Shown piece after piece: positions 1-12,026 of a DNA stretch of 64,000 nucleotides. Position 1 is the stretch's first letter, and each line of letters starts with the position of its first letter. Made by a program: the position numbers and the translations under genes. The stretch is taken from NCBI RefSeq assembly GCF_037042905.1, contig NC_087246.1, positions 35,898,001 through 35,962,000 of the forward strand. The letters are read 5' to 3'. The stretch is from Lytechinus pictus (lineage: Eukaryota). The notes beneath the pieces were generated by a model. That model was not told the origin of the DNA, made no database searches, and saw only the letters and a list, made by a program, of their open reading frames with translations.

Positions 1-568
1 GTATCTCCCCTAGTTCACGTGGAAGGGGTCTCACAATCAACCTTATTTACACAATATTTTTTTTCATTATTTTCTCTCAATGAATTATGTTTACTCACGT
101 TTTTTTTTCAAATTTTCAACTTCCAATTACCTTTATCCAACAATACTACCAAAAATAATCAAAATTATGAATAACTGAGGCAAATTATTACATTTTTCAA
201 TATTTGTTAGAATTTTATTTAAATATATTAGTGAATGGAAGACACATAAAAAGAAACAAGCAGCATCTTAAATAGTTACTTTATATAAAAGTCGAATGAA
301 GAAGTGATCTTCATACACATTACGACACTCGAGGCAAATATGGTATACTGTGTTTCAACCTTTGCATGGGCGGAAATCTCTCCTTGAAGGTAGGGGGGAC
401 ACAATTGAGTTTTCCGTGTTTATGTTATACAGAATTACTAACTCAAACACACACACACATACATATGTATATATATATAACCAAAGTATATGTATATATA
501 TATATTTATAGCCATTTTTAGAAGAGGGTAGGTTTTCCTAACTAAAGATGAAAGGCCTCATTAAATAA

Positions 569-3500
569 TGCGAGCGCGAAGCGCGAGCCCAAATATGTTG
601 ATATTTCATAAATTGTGACCTGGAAATTAAACATTCTGAACATTTTTTGTGATCATGAACTAAATTCGAACCTACCTAAACCATTAATGCGAGCGCGAAG
701 CGCGAGCTGAAAGTTTTTGGTTTTCCAACCTAAAAACTAGACATTCGTAACACTTTTTCAAATCATGATCAGGATAGGAATTCAACGCGAGCTGAAATCT
801 TTTGATTTTCCAACCTAAAATTATTTATTTATTTATTTTGTTTTATTTATTTTATACTGCAGGGTAGGCCTGTTCAGTTCTTAAAACTGCTTTACAAAGG
901 CGCCCTGCAGTTTAAAATACATGTCAAGATAACTATGAACAACAACAACAAACAACATCAAAAATACAAAATACAAAATATCTAACATCAGAAACAATTA
1001 ACACCAAAATATAGAGTGGGAAGTGACAATTTAAACATACATAGCATTGTAAATCAAAGGAATATCATTTCGCTCTTTATCAATTCGTATGAAAGGCTTT
1101 GCATAATTTTTTAAAAACTAACAAGGAGGTACAAACTTGTAAATTTGAAGGAAGTGCATTAAATAATTTGGGTCCGACATATGCGAAAGATTTTCTTTTA
1201 TGTTCAATTCTAGCTTTGGGAAGCTGAAGGGGGCATCGTAAAGAATACCGTGTCCTGTATTTCACGGGCCGTTTACATACTAAAGGTTTTAAACAATTTG
1301 GAACTAAATCATTCATTATTTTATATACAAGAACACAATACTGATATTTTATACGCTGATCTACTGATTGCCACTTCAGTGACTGCAACAAAGAAATTTG
1401 TGATGTATTATAATCTTTTTTCAAAAGCATTCTGGCATATTTATTTTGAAGTTTTTGTATCTTATCTAAATGTATTTTTGCACTGCTTCCCCAAGATGTA
1501 ATACAGTAATCAATGTAAGGTAAAACCATAGAAAAGTACAGCTTCTTCATAATATCAAAGGACAGTAAGTGCTTAATCCGCCTTACACAACCTATTGCCC
1601 GAGATATTTTACAAACGATATTAGTAATATGTTCGCACCAAGTCAAGCCCGGATCGAGCATGACACCTAAGTATTTAATCTTTTTTACATTTTCTAATTG
1701 TATGTTCCTGAATTTCACTGACAAATGAGCACCCCTCAACTTTTTCTTTTGACCAAATACCATGGCTTTTGTTTTTTGCGGGTGTAAATGCATATTATTT
1801 AAGTCTAGCCACTTACTTATTGAATCAAAATCATCTTGCAAATACTTTTGTACCTCCTTAATTGATTCACCGTGATTAAAAATGGCGGTATCATCAGCAT
1901 AAAGAGACATTTTAGAATCTACATGCAATTTCAAATTACACATGTCATTAATAAAAATACAAAATATCAATGGACCCAGTATAGATCCTTGTGGGACACC
2001 TGATTTTATCTTCAAAAATTCACTGCGACAATTGTTAATCATTACAAATTGCCTTCTGTCTGTTAAATACGATTCCATCCAGTTGTGTTCATTGCCAGTA
2101 ATACCATAGTACTTAAGTTTTGCAAGTATAAAATTATGAGGAATAACATCAAAAGCTTTGCGTAAGTCCAAGAAAATACCACCAGTAACATGTTTTCGGT
2201 CCATTTTATCATACAAAAAGTCTGTAATCTCAGTTAGACAAGTGGCAGTAGAATAAGACGGTCTGAAGCCAGACTGACAATTTGCAAGTAGATCATTTAC
2301 ATTTAAGTACTTATACAATTGATCATGTATTGCTCTCTCTAGTATTTTGGACAGGACTGGAAGCACAGAAATTGGTCTATAATTGTCAATATCAAATGAT
2401 CCTCCCTTATGTACAGGAGTAATTCATGCTGTTTTAAAATCTTCTGGAATAACACTAGTTTGTAAAGTTGCATTAAATAAATGGGTTAAAGGGCCAGCTA
2501 TACTCTCTGCTGCCAGCTTTCTGCTGCCAGCTTTCTTAACAGTTTTATAAAAATCATGAACAGGATAGGAATCTCATAAAATAATGCTAGCGCGAAGCGC
2601 TAATAGCTGAAGGTTTTTGATTTTCCAACCCAAAAACTGGACATTCGTATAACACTTTTTCAAATCATGAACAGGATAAGAATTTAACTAAATAATAAAT
2701 GCGAGCGCGAGCTGAAAATTTTTGATTTGCCAACCTAAATATTGAACATTCATAGCACTTTAAAAAGAATATGTACAGGATAGGAATCTAAACAATTAAT
2801 GCGAGCGTGAAGCGCGAGCTGAAAGTTTTTGATTTTCCAACCTAAATATTGAACATTCATAGCACTTTAAAAAGAATATGTACAGGATAGGAATCTAAAC
2901 AATTAATGCGAGCGTGAAGCGCGAGCTGAAAGTTTTTGATTTTCCAACCTAAAAATGGACATTCATAGCACTTTAAAAAGAATATGAACAGGATATGAAT
3001 CTAAACAATTAATGCGAGCGTGAAGCGCGAGCTGAAAGTTTTTTATTTTCCAACCTAGAAACTGGACATTCTTAGCAAATAATAATGAACGGAATAGGAA
3101 TCTAAACAATGAATGCGAGCGCGAGGTGAAAGTTTTTTATTTTCCAACCAAAAAACTGGACATTCATAGCACCTTAAAAAGAATATGAACAGGATAGGAA
3201 TCTAATCAGTTAATTCGAGGGCGAAGCGCGAGCTGAAAGTTTTTGGATTTTCCAACCTAAATACTAGACATTCTTAGTACTTAAAAAAAATTATGAACAG
3301 GATAGGAATCTAAACAATTAATGCGAAGTAAGAGGTGAAAGTTTTTGATTTTCCAAACTAAATATTGGACATTCTTAGTACTTTAGAAAAGATTATGAAC
3401 AGGATAGGAATCTAAACAATTAATGCGGGCGCGAAGTGCGAGCTGAAAGTTTGTATTCTCCTACCTAAAAATTGGGCAATCGTAACACTTTTTCAAATCA

Positions 3501-4040
3501 TGAACATGATAGGATTTTTACTAAACAATATTAGATTCGAGCCCGAAGTGTGTGCTGAAGATATGTAATTTCCGGCCTAAAAATTTGTATTATTAGCATA
3601 ATATCTTAAAATCAATGACAGGGTAGCTATCTAACTAAATTTTAATTAATGTGAGTGCGAAGCGTATCCTGATTTTTTTTTCCGACCAAAAATGTAATCT
3701 ACTTTTCACCTTATAGCAATAAAAGGATAGTATCTGACTTAACCATATTACTGATGCGAGCGTGAAGCGCAAAATGATTTTTTTACATTCAGATATGAAA
3801 ACTGGATCTTTCAAGCACTTTTGAAATAAAGAACAAGCAGTTTATCTCAATAAGCAATGCGAGCGCAAAGCGCGAGCTAATTTTTTTAAAAGATTTTAAC
3901 CTACAAATTATGAAAAAGATGGATTTCTTCCTAAATAAATGATTTGATTTTATATATTTCGATCTAAAAAGTGAAAAAAAAATAAACACGTTTTGAAATA
4001 AAGAGATGGCTGTGTATTAATGCAAAGCGCGAGCGAATTC
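569..4040 (+). repeat. ~107-bp tandem satellite with core GCGAGCGCGAAGCGCGAGCTGA, interrupted by a LINE at 821-2534
   Basis: Core recurs at about 570, 689, 2801, 2908, 3014 and onward; 106-107 bp spacing in the best-conserved part. Confidence 0.9.
821..2534 (-). mobile_element. 5'-truncated L2/Crack/CR1-group non-LTR retrotransposon (RT and C-terminal domain only)
   Basis: ORF 1080-2366 has RT motifs QSGFR, LDLRKAFD, GVPQGSILGP, YADD. The frame continues upstream (NYRPIS, VIPEDFK) through an in-frame TGA at 2424-2426. 3' stem-loop at 856-911 and (TAAA)n tail at 821-855. Confidence 0.92.
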
Positions 4041-4873
4041 TTTATTTTTATAATATGACCTGAAAGTTTTCTTTTCTTCCACTTATTCCCCTCCCCTTCC
4101 ATCATTTAGTTTTCTTCCTCGTCCTATCTTTCTTATTTTTCTCCTCACCTTCCTAATTTGCGCCGCCAATAGGGGGCGGACTGCCGCTTCGCCCCCTTGA
4201 TTTACCTATGATGACCCTCCCGCGGCAGGAATTTTGTGTAAAAATTGAATATAAAAGTCTCGTAAATAGAGTATTTAAAAAAAAAATTTGGGGGATTAAA
4301 CATAGTTAAAATTTACTGCGAAGGATTAATCATAACTCATGAAAACTATTTTTTTTTACTGAGTACGTGAACAATGAAAATATTCTTATATTCCAAGTAA
4401 ATTTGGATTAAAGGGAAAATTAATTGGTTAAACAAATGTATGTTTTTACGGGTTATGGAACATTCTCGTCTACCATCTATGCACTAAATTTACTTATAAG
4501 CATTCAGAGGCGATTTTCTTTTTTCGTCATTTTCATTAGTTATGAATTTGACAATGGCCATCGATGTCATCAATGTCATCACTCTTTGGCTGGCATATAG
4601 GGCTATATAGATGCGGGCCGGTATGCCTTTTGTTTTCCTATCCAAGTTCTTAACAAAAACTATCTGTTTACATATATTTCGAAATTCGAGGATACATGTG
4701 TATAATTTCGATTTTGAATTATTTATTTTTTTCCATAATAAAAGACCACAAATAGTAGGGGGACATTTGATATTATGTACCCCCTTTCCAAAATGGTAGG
4801 GGGGACGCGTCCCCCTCCCCCCCTGTCCCCCCTGGGATTTCCGCCCATGAACCTTTGGCCTGCGATGACCTCC

Positions 4874-6693
4874 TCAGTCTGTTTCACTAGACATGCTAGA
4901 TTCAACGGATGACGATTCGGCAGAGACAGACGAAGAACGTCTGAAACGAGCTGCAAGTAATGAAATATAATTGCAATCATTATTAACATACGAAGAAACT
5001 CCAATGATTAATCGGAATGCATATCATGTAAACATGGATATTTAACGATAATTTCTTTGAAATATTGTATATCGGTTTGTTTTTATCTTTTGGAAAAGGG
5101 GGAGATTATGATAACGACTTACGTTTGTTTGAAATGTGAATAATGAAGACCAGAAATTGTGTAAGAGAATTAAAACATTTGAAAATGTCATTGAGTTTAA
5201 CTATGATAAACTGAGAAGAGCAACAATCGAATATAGGAAGAGGGATCTTTTGCATTACATATCATAAATGTTTTTGGACGATGTCACAGAGTGTCAACGA
5301 AAGCAGCAAAAATCTTTATAAATGGCATTAGGGGATTTGAAGATATTACTTACCTGTAGAGGAACAGTCGACAACTTCAAGGCAAATTTTCTCCAAGATT
5401 TCACAGGCATCAGCGCTATTCTGCTCTCCTTCCTCTAGCAGACACACCATATCATTCTCAGCTTCATCGATGAGGTTCTGTTCAGTAGATGTAAGAAGTC
5501 CTCTTAGGTCTTCTTCACACGTGTCAACCACCAGCCTGTATATGTCACATAGGGCTTTGAACTGAGCAGTGCGATCGGTAGTCATGGTAGTTTGGGCTAG
5601 AAATGAAAGAAATTATCAAATCGTGACTTTTCGTAAAGTTTGTCTGTAAAACACATAACAAACTAGTGGCATATTGAGCCAAACGTTGAGGGGGCAAGAT
5701 ATGGGGTATCGGGAAAATTTTTTTTTTTTAAAGCTTAGAGAGAGCGAAGCAAGCGAGCATAAATTTTGAGATAATATTCAGAAAATAATATATTTCAACC
5801 TCCTCTCTTTCCCTTTAATTATTTCCTTTTCTCTTTTTATTTTCTTGGTCTTGGTTATTTGGGGGCAAGTGCCCCAAGACCCCCCCCCCTGTACGCCACT
5901 GTAACAATCATATATTCCAATTAAACAAAAATTATTGCACCTAAATAAACAAATTGACATGTTTTGTTGTGTAATGTGGAAACTCGCTGTCCTAACAATA
6001 TCAAAAGTTTTATGTCATTCCTCAAAATAGATGTATCATGCATGATGAAAGTCACGATAGAAACAGTACCCAAATGAGAAAGATATCTGCAAATTTCGAT
6101 AAATGCCTTTTTTTTCTCTATCAATTTTTAATTGAAAAATATACAAAAAAAATCCATACCTTTCACTCCCATTGCAAAAAATGCAACGATACACAAACAA
6201 ACGCAGAGTGCTTTTACCTGTAAAAGGGAAAAATTGAAGAAAAAAAAAATAATAACATGAACATTTTAAGAATTAATTGAAATTCGAAAGAAAAAAAAAA
6301 CAGGAATAAGAGTGATAATTAAATGGAATGAAATTGATATAGCATGAAAAAAATATAAAAATTGTAAAAAATCAATAAATATAAAGTTTATAATCCTAAT
6401 TCTTAATATAAATGGAATTTAATAGCATATACCATTGGCGGATCGGGGGACTGAAACAAAACGATATACCCCGACTTGTGATATCCAAGATAAAAATTCG
6501 GTGTATAATGCAGATTTCTATTTACGTATACAAACAAATTCACAAATAAATTAAAATCCATGTCATCAAATTTGCTCTTTTTTCTTTCAATATCTCTTTA
6601 AAATGCCTAAAAATTTAAAACTATAACTGCAGTTTGAATTGTTTCTGCTGGAATAATTTTTAAAAATAATGTTATACTTACCGATTGAGCCAT
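4874..6693 (-). CDS. Small secreted acidic Cys-rich proprotein, copy A (129 aa); exons 6682-6693, 6160-6217, 5354-5596, 4874-4950
   Basis: All introns GT-AG with phases 0,1,1 giving one frame: MAQSVKALCVCLCIVAFFAMGVKA-QTTMTTDRTAQFKALCDIYRLVVDTCEEDL...ICLEVVDCSSTA-RFRR-SSSVSAESSSVESSMSSETD*. The paralog has the same exon structure. Confidence 0.85.
5664..5901. mobile_element. Short hAT-like MITE in intron 2 of copy A
   Basis: Ends TAGTGGCATA / TACGCCACTG; near-perfect 8-bp TSD TAACAAAC / TAACAATC. Confidence 0.65.
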
Positions 6694-6785
6694 TTTCAGG
6701 AGTTTTGCTGAGCCGAGCGTTTTGAGAAAATAAAGTGTTATTTAGAACGCTGATGAATGAGTGATTAATGAAGATATTTTCTCCC

Positions 6786-6792
6786 TTTTATA
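6786..6792 (-). promoter_or_regulatory. TATA box of copy A
   Basis: TATAAAAGGGAG on the minus strand ~95 bp upstream of the ATG, followed by an Inr-like TCATTC; same arrangement in the paralog. Confidence 0.7.
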
Positions 6793-7260
6793 GTATTTGA
6801 AAGTAATCAAAATTTAGGTAGGAAATGTTTGGCTTTCAAGATAGCGAGATTGGATTATGACATAATATGACAGTGTAAGAATAGAACAAAAGGACATTTT
6901 ACATAATTTGTTTGTGATAGGTAAAACTGTCATTGCGAATTTCGTTACTAATTATATGCGTAATTAATATCTGTAGCAATTAAGATTAAGTTGACAGTTT
7001 GAAAGGCCAACATTAAGAGAAAATACAAAACGAGTGAACGACCAATAAATACCTTTCTTTGTGTTGAAATCCAAAGAAATTTTACGTAATTTGTTTGTGA
7101 AAGGTAAAACTGTCATACTGTATTTTGTTTTCCATTTATATGCATAATTCATTTATATTATTTAAATGAGGTTGGCAGTTTCAAAGGTAAAAAATTAAAA
7201 ATAAACTAATAAAACGAGTGAACAACCAACTAATTCGCTTGTGTTTAGAGCCAAGGACCC

Positions 7261-7287
7261 ACTCTCTCTCCCCTCTGTCTCTCTCCG

Positions 7288-7327
<40 letters not shown>

Positions 7328-7347
7328 GCGCGCGCGCGCGCGCGCGA
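7261..7347. repeat. Compound microsatellite (TC)n(CA)n(CG)n
   Basis: Read directly from the sequence. Confidence 0.95.
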
Positions 7348-9151
7348 GCCACTCAATCTTTCTCTCTCTCTCAATTTTGATTGACATGGTCTATTGTCTT
7401 GTTTCATTTACCTTTTAAAGTTATGATTGATATTAGCCGACAGTTTAACTATTGGCTATGCTATAGGAGTTGTATAGGACCTAATTCTTTCCATCATTTT
7501 TTTCTTTAACAGCTTAGTGCTTTGTATGTTTAATATTGAGGAATATTAGAATTAGATATACAAATAGTCCACGTAAATATATTAATATGTATTTAAAAAG
7601 TCTTATTTGTTAGTGTCTATTAAAATTCACCCATTACATAGGTTGATCACTTTTATGATTTTTCAATAAAATCGTGTTCTTTCTTTAATACATAAAACTT
7701 AACCAGTGGGTATACTCGAGATTAGAGCTAGATTTTGTGCATAATCCAATCAAAAGTGACATCTAGCACCATCAGTGGTGTAATGAGGGGCGCGTGCCCA
7801 CCCCCCCCCCCCCCAAAAAAAAAAAAAAAAAAAAAAAGAAGATAGAATATAAAAAAAAGTATAGAAAAAATCAGCAAGCCCCCCAAAATATGAAATAAAG
7901 TAAAATAAAATAAAAGCAGGGGAAAAGGGAGAGAAAGACCGGAAAAGAAAGAGAATTGTGGTTGGGGAAACGGATATATAAGGTTTTTTCAGAATTTGAT
8001 GATCATGAGACACAATTAGCTTGGGGCCTATGTGTTCACTCCTCCCGGAGCACGCATTGCGTGTTAAATTTGATACATATTCCCCTTCCAAAGTTCCAAC
8101 ATGTCCAAGGGGATTTGATGGCGCTTAAAACATTCCATTTTCAAATCAATATCAAATATTAATCCTCGCGCTTTGAACTCTCGTTATTCTATTCAGTGAC
8201 ATACGCATCTTTTTCATGATTTCCAAGCGCTTAACAATATTCCTTTTTTGGGACTGAATAAAAAAGCTCGCGCTTCATGCCTGCCTTTGTTTTTATAAAG
8301 ATTAATTCCAAAAGACAGTCCTTTCAAAATGCAAAAAAAAATCAGCTTACTCTTCGCGCTCGAATAATTTTTTTAATGAATTCTTAGAAACAGTCCTTAA
8401 AATGTGTCCCTTTCCAATCCTGTATAATTGTATCATTAATATCAAATAAAGTTTTATTCATAACACTATGCATTAATATTCATTTATCATACTGGGGCAC
8501 TGCTTTATAAGGAGGAACATACATATAAAAAGTAAAAGGAAAAAAAAAAGACTTCGATATAAGAAATAAAAGAATAAGGTCATCTGAAAAGTGGCTCTGA
8601 CACACCATCCGTTAAATCACCATTGATTCTAAAATTAAAAAAATGAACGACATAAGACCTCTTTGTATATACCCATTTCTTCGCAATGATTCATACTAGA
8701 CTAGAACACCAGTTAATTCGCTGTAATTTCAAATAAAAACATTGAAACAAGAGATCTGTCGCCAAATGACTCTCATTGTTTCGTTTACTTTCAAAGGTAA
8801 AGGAAACAAGATAATTAATAGACCGTGTCATTCACATTTAGGTGAGACTGAGGGAGAGAGAGAGAGTCCTTGGATTTCAACACAAACGTAGTAATTGGTC
8901 GTTCACTCGTTTTGTTTGTTTATTCTTTTAATTTTGACCTTTCAAACTGTCAACTTCATCTTATTGGTATAGATATTAATTACGCATATAATTAGTAACG
9001 AAATTCGTAATGACAGTTTTACCTATCACAAATGAATTACGTAAAAGTTTCTTTTGTTCTATTCTTAAACTGTCATAATCATGTCATATTTCAATCTCAC
9101 AATCGTGAAAGCCAAACATTTCCAACCTAAATTTCGATTATTTTGAAATAC

Positions 9152-9158
9152 TATAAAA
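9152..9158 (+). promoter_or_regulatory. TATA box of copy B
   Basis: TATAAAAGGGAG ~100 bp upstream of the ATG at 9252; Inr-like TCATTC at ~9180. Confidence 0.7.
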
Positions 9159-9251
9159 GGGAGAAAATAGTGTCTTTAATCATTCACTCAACAGCATTCG
9201 AAATAAATTTTTACCGTTTTTCAAAACGTTCGACTTAGCAAAACTCCTGAA

Positions 9252-12026
9252 ATGGCTCACTCAGTAAGTACACCATTATTTTTCGAACTATTCCTGCATG
9301 CAGAAACTGTTATTCAGTTTTTGCTTTAGCTTATTAAGAATATTAGGGATATGATGAAAAGAAAATGGAACGAATTTGAAAACATGGATATTTATTTCTT
9401 TCTGAAATTGTTTTCAGTGAAATAGAAATACAAATTGAAATCTGTATACCAGAGGTTGATCTAGGATCTCACAAGTCAGGGTAACTATAGCTATTTAAAT
9501 TCAGTTTTCTTGTCTCCCGATCCACCAATGGTTTGTGCTATTAAATTCAATTTATCTTAATCATGTCACCATTTTCTGTTCGACATTATAAATGCAAGTA
9601 TATCTATCATATTGGTAAAGGATTATCAGTTGTTGGTTCTTTTTTTTTCTTTCCATAATTTTCAATCTGTATTCGTTTTCATGATTCATGATTTTACTCA
9701 TTTTTTGTATTCCCCCTTTTCCGGGTGCAATTGCATTCCCTTGTGTGATTTCTTTGTAAAAAAAAAAGAAACTGCTAAATTGAATGAATGAATGAATGAA
9801 TGAATGAGCGAAATTGATCCGGCCACATCCTTAAATTTGTCTGCAAGAAAGATGGTCTCATCTAATTATTTAACTTCAATTGATACTATAATTTATGTAA
9901 TCATTTAAACTGTGATTGTAGAGTATACAAAACGAATCAGATATTTTATTCATTTTCCCCCTCTATATACAGGTAAAAACACTCTGCGTCTGTCTGTGTC
10001 TCTTTGCATTTTTTGCAATGGATATCAAAGGTACAGAAACTTTCTATTTCTTATTTTTCATTGAAAATAAGAGAGATATAAGAGGTATTTGTCGAAATTT
10101 GCATAATGTTGTTCACTTGGGTATGTTTCTATCTATATGTGTTCCCTTAAAAATCGCTTATGTACATGATAAGTCTATTTGGGCTGATGGCTTCACGTTT
10201 AAACTCTTCACGTTCAGACTGAACGATTTTCCACATTACAAATCAAAATTTGCTCATCTGTACGTTTTGGTGCCATTATTTTATGTTTTATTATGATTAT
10301 AATTCCTCACCGATCATTAAGAAAAACAATACAAGTTCGATGTTTGGCATATGTGTTACTGTTAAATTCAATGAAAACCCCATGATTTGATAATTCCTTG
10401 ATTTCTAGCCCAAACTACCGATCGCACTGCACAGTTCGAAGCCCTATGTGACAGATACAGGCAGGTGGTTGACACGTGTGAAGAAGACCTAAGAGGACTT
10501 CTTACATCTACTGAACATGTATTATTTGATGAAGCTGAGAATGATATGGTGTGTTTGGTAGAGGAAGGAGAGCAGGAAAGCGCCGATGCCTGTGAAATCT
10601 TGGAAAAAATTTGCCTTGAAGTCGTCGACTGTTCCTCTACAGGTGAGTTTAATCGTCGAATCCGCTACAGTTTGGATCTCTTACACCAGTTGCATACGCA
10701 GGATTTTTGAAAAGGGGGAGGGTTCAAGCTGAATGAAATGTTGACACCCCCCCCCCCAAAAAAAAAGAAGGTTTAACCCCAAGTTTTAGGTCGTTTCATA
10801 CAAAAAAATGACAAAAGAGGTCTTCATTTTTTACACTGTGACATCGTCCAAAAGCATTATATGTATGAAGATCCATCCACTAATAGTACTCTGTATGTCA
10901 TTATTATCATTAATGTGACCTTTCATCAGAATTATCTTTTCTTTATCGTGACCAGCATTTTTGTTCTCTTTATACAATTTCTCGTCTTCTGTATAGTATC
11001 AAAGAAAACGTAATCTATTACAATCACACCGACAAACAATATCTTGTGTTTGTACGGGGATAAGGTTCTAATTTTCGTGTGTACGAGTGAAGGGAGAGTG
11101 AGAGGGAAAGCGAGAGAGAGAGGGAGAGAAGGAATTGGGGCGGGGGATCCTTCAGCTGCTTGTCCTCATTCTAGTCCGATTTCTTTATTTTGGTTTCTGT
11201 TCTCCTTTTCTTTAGGGCGGTCTTTTTTGTTTCTATCTCGGCGCTTCCCTCTTGAAAACTTTTAGATAATAATAATCTTATATCTGCCTTTTTTTATTGT
11301 AATGTTTCCTGATTTTATGCTTTTTCATCATACTAATCATTTGTAAATATTGTGATTGTTATGATTTATTTCAATAAAAACTTAAATATAAAAAAAAATC
11401 TTAAGGTAATAAATTTGAAAAATACAATGATGATCAGTATTAGTTCATTTGGTATAATTATTAACATCAGCCTCGTTATATAATCATTTTAATCATTTTT
11501 TTAATGATATCATTATCCTTATGGGTATTAATAGAAATTGTTTTTTTTTCTATGACTCACACTCTAAAAACTTTAACCAATATTGGGTAAAATGGGAACA
11601 TACATGCTTGTTGGGTAAAAAGATATCAAATATTTGGTAAATTGTACGCAATGTTGCGTTGAAATTTACCCTTCAAACATGCATTATGCCCAATATTGGG
11701 GAAAAATTACCCAGCAAACATGCATGTTCCCATTCTACCAAGCAATATTGGGTAATTTTTTTTTCTCTCTGTTTTTAGAGTGTATCATATCTAATATCCT
11801 CTTCATCATTTTTACTTCAATGAATCAATATTTTTTATCGTTCATATAGAGAATGGATCGATATTTAAGATATGCATTCAGATTAATTTTACATGTAAGG
11901 AATTTCTTGAATGTATTTTGATTTTTATCATCAATCGTTTTTTTTTCATTACTTTCAGCTCGTTTTAGACGTTCTTCGTCTGTCTCTGCCGAATCGTCAT
12001 CCGTTGAATCTAGTGAAACAGACTGA
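9252..12026 (+). CDS. Small secreted acidic Cys-rich proprotein, copy B (123 aa); exons 9252-9263, 9973-10030, 10409-10642, 11959-12026
   Basis: GT-AG introns, phases 0,1,1: MAHSVKTLCVCLCLFAFFAMDIKA-QTTDRTAQFEALCDRYRQVVDTCEEDL...ICLEVVDCSSTA-RFRR-SSSVSAESSSVESSETD*. AATAAA at ~12512 is shared with the paralog. Confidence 0.85.
11560..11782. mobile_element. CACT-ended (CACTA/EnSpm-like) MITE in intron 3 of copy B
   Basis: TIR CACTCTAAAAAC / GTTTTTAGAGTG; internal inverted copies of CAATATTGGG..AAAATGGGAACAT. Confidence 0.7.

Larger units (their letters stand above)
365..4849. mobile_element. Non-autonomous hAT-like DNA element (4.5 kb, with nested satellite array and LINE) inserted in the 3' UTR of the minus-strand secreted-protein gene
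   Basis: TIRs CATGGGCGGAAATC / GATTTCCGCCCATG; perfect 8-bp TSD AACCTTTG (357-364, 4850-4857); empty site matches the paralog 3' UTR near 12040-12070. Confidence 0.85.

Noticed and set aside
2700-3500. CRISPR-like repeat-spacer array
   Set aside because: Spacers are homologous to each other, the context is eukaryotic and there are no cas genes; it is a satellite
4723-5004. ORF-track peptides LVSDVLRLSLPNRHPLNL (also 11911-12108)
   Set aside because: Wrong frame of exon 4; the splice phase gives ARFRRSSSVSAE
9961-9980. CAG|GTAAAA as a recursive (zero-length exon) splice site, also at 6211-6220
   Set aside because: It is the acceptor of a 58-nt signal-peptide exon that begins with GTA (Val) and supplies the needed phase in both paralogs
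10409-10642. Saposin-like or Gla-domain assignment for the 6-Cys core
   Set aside because: No CxxC and the spacing does not fit saposins; no ExxxExC motif or Gla propeptide
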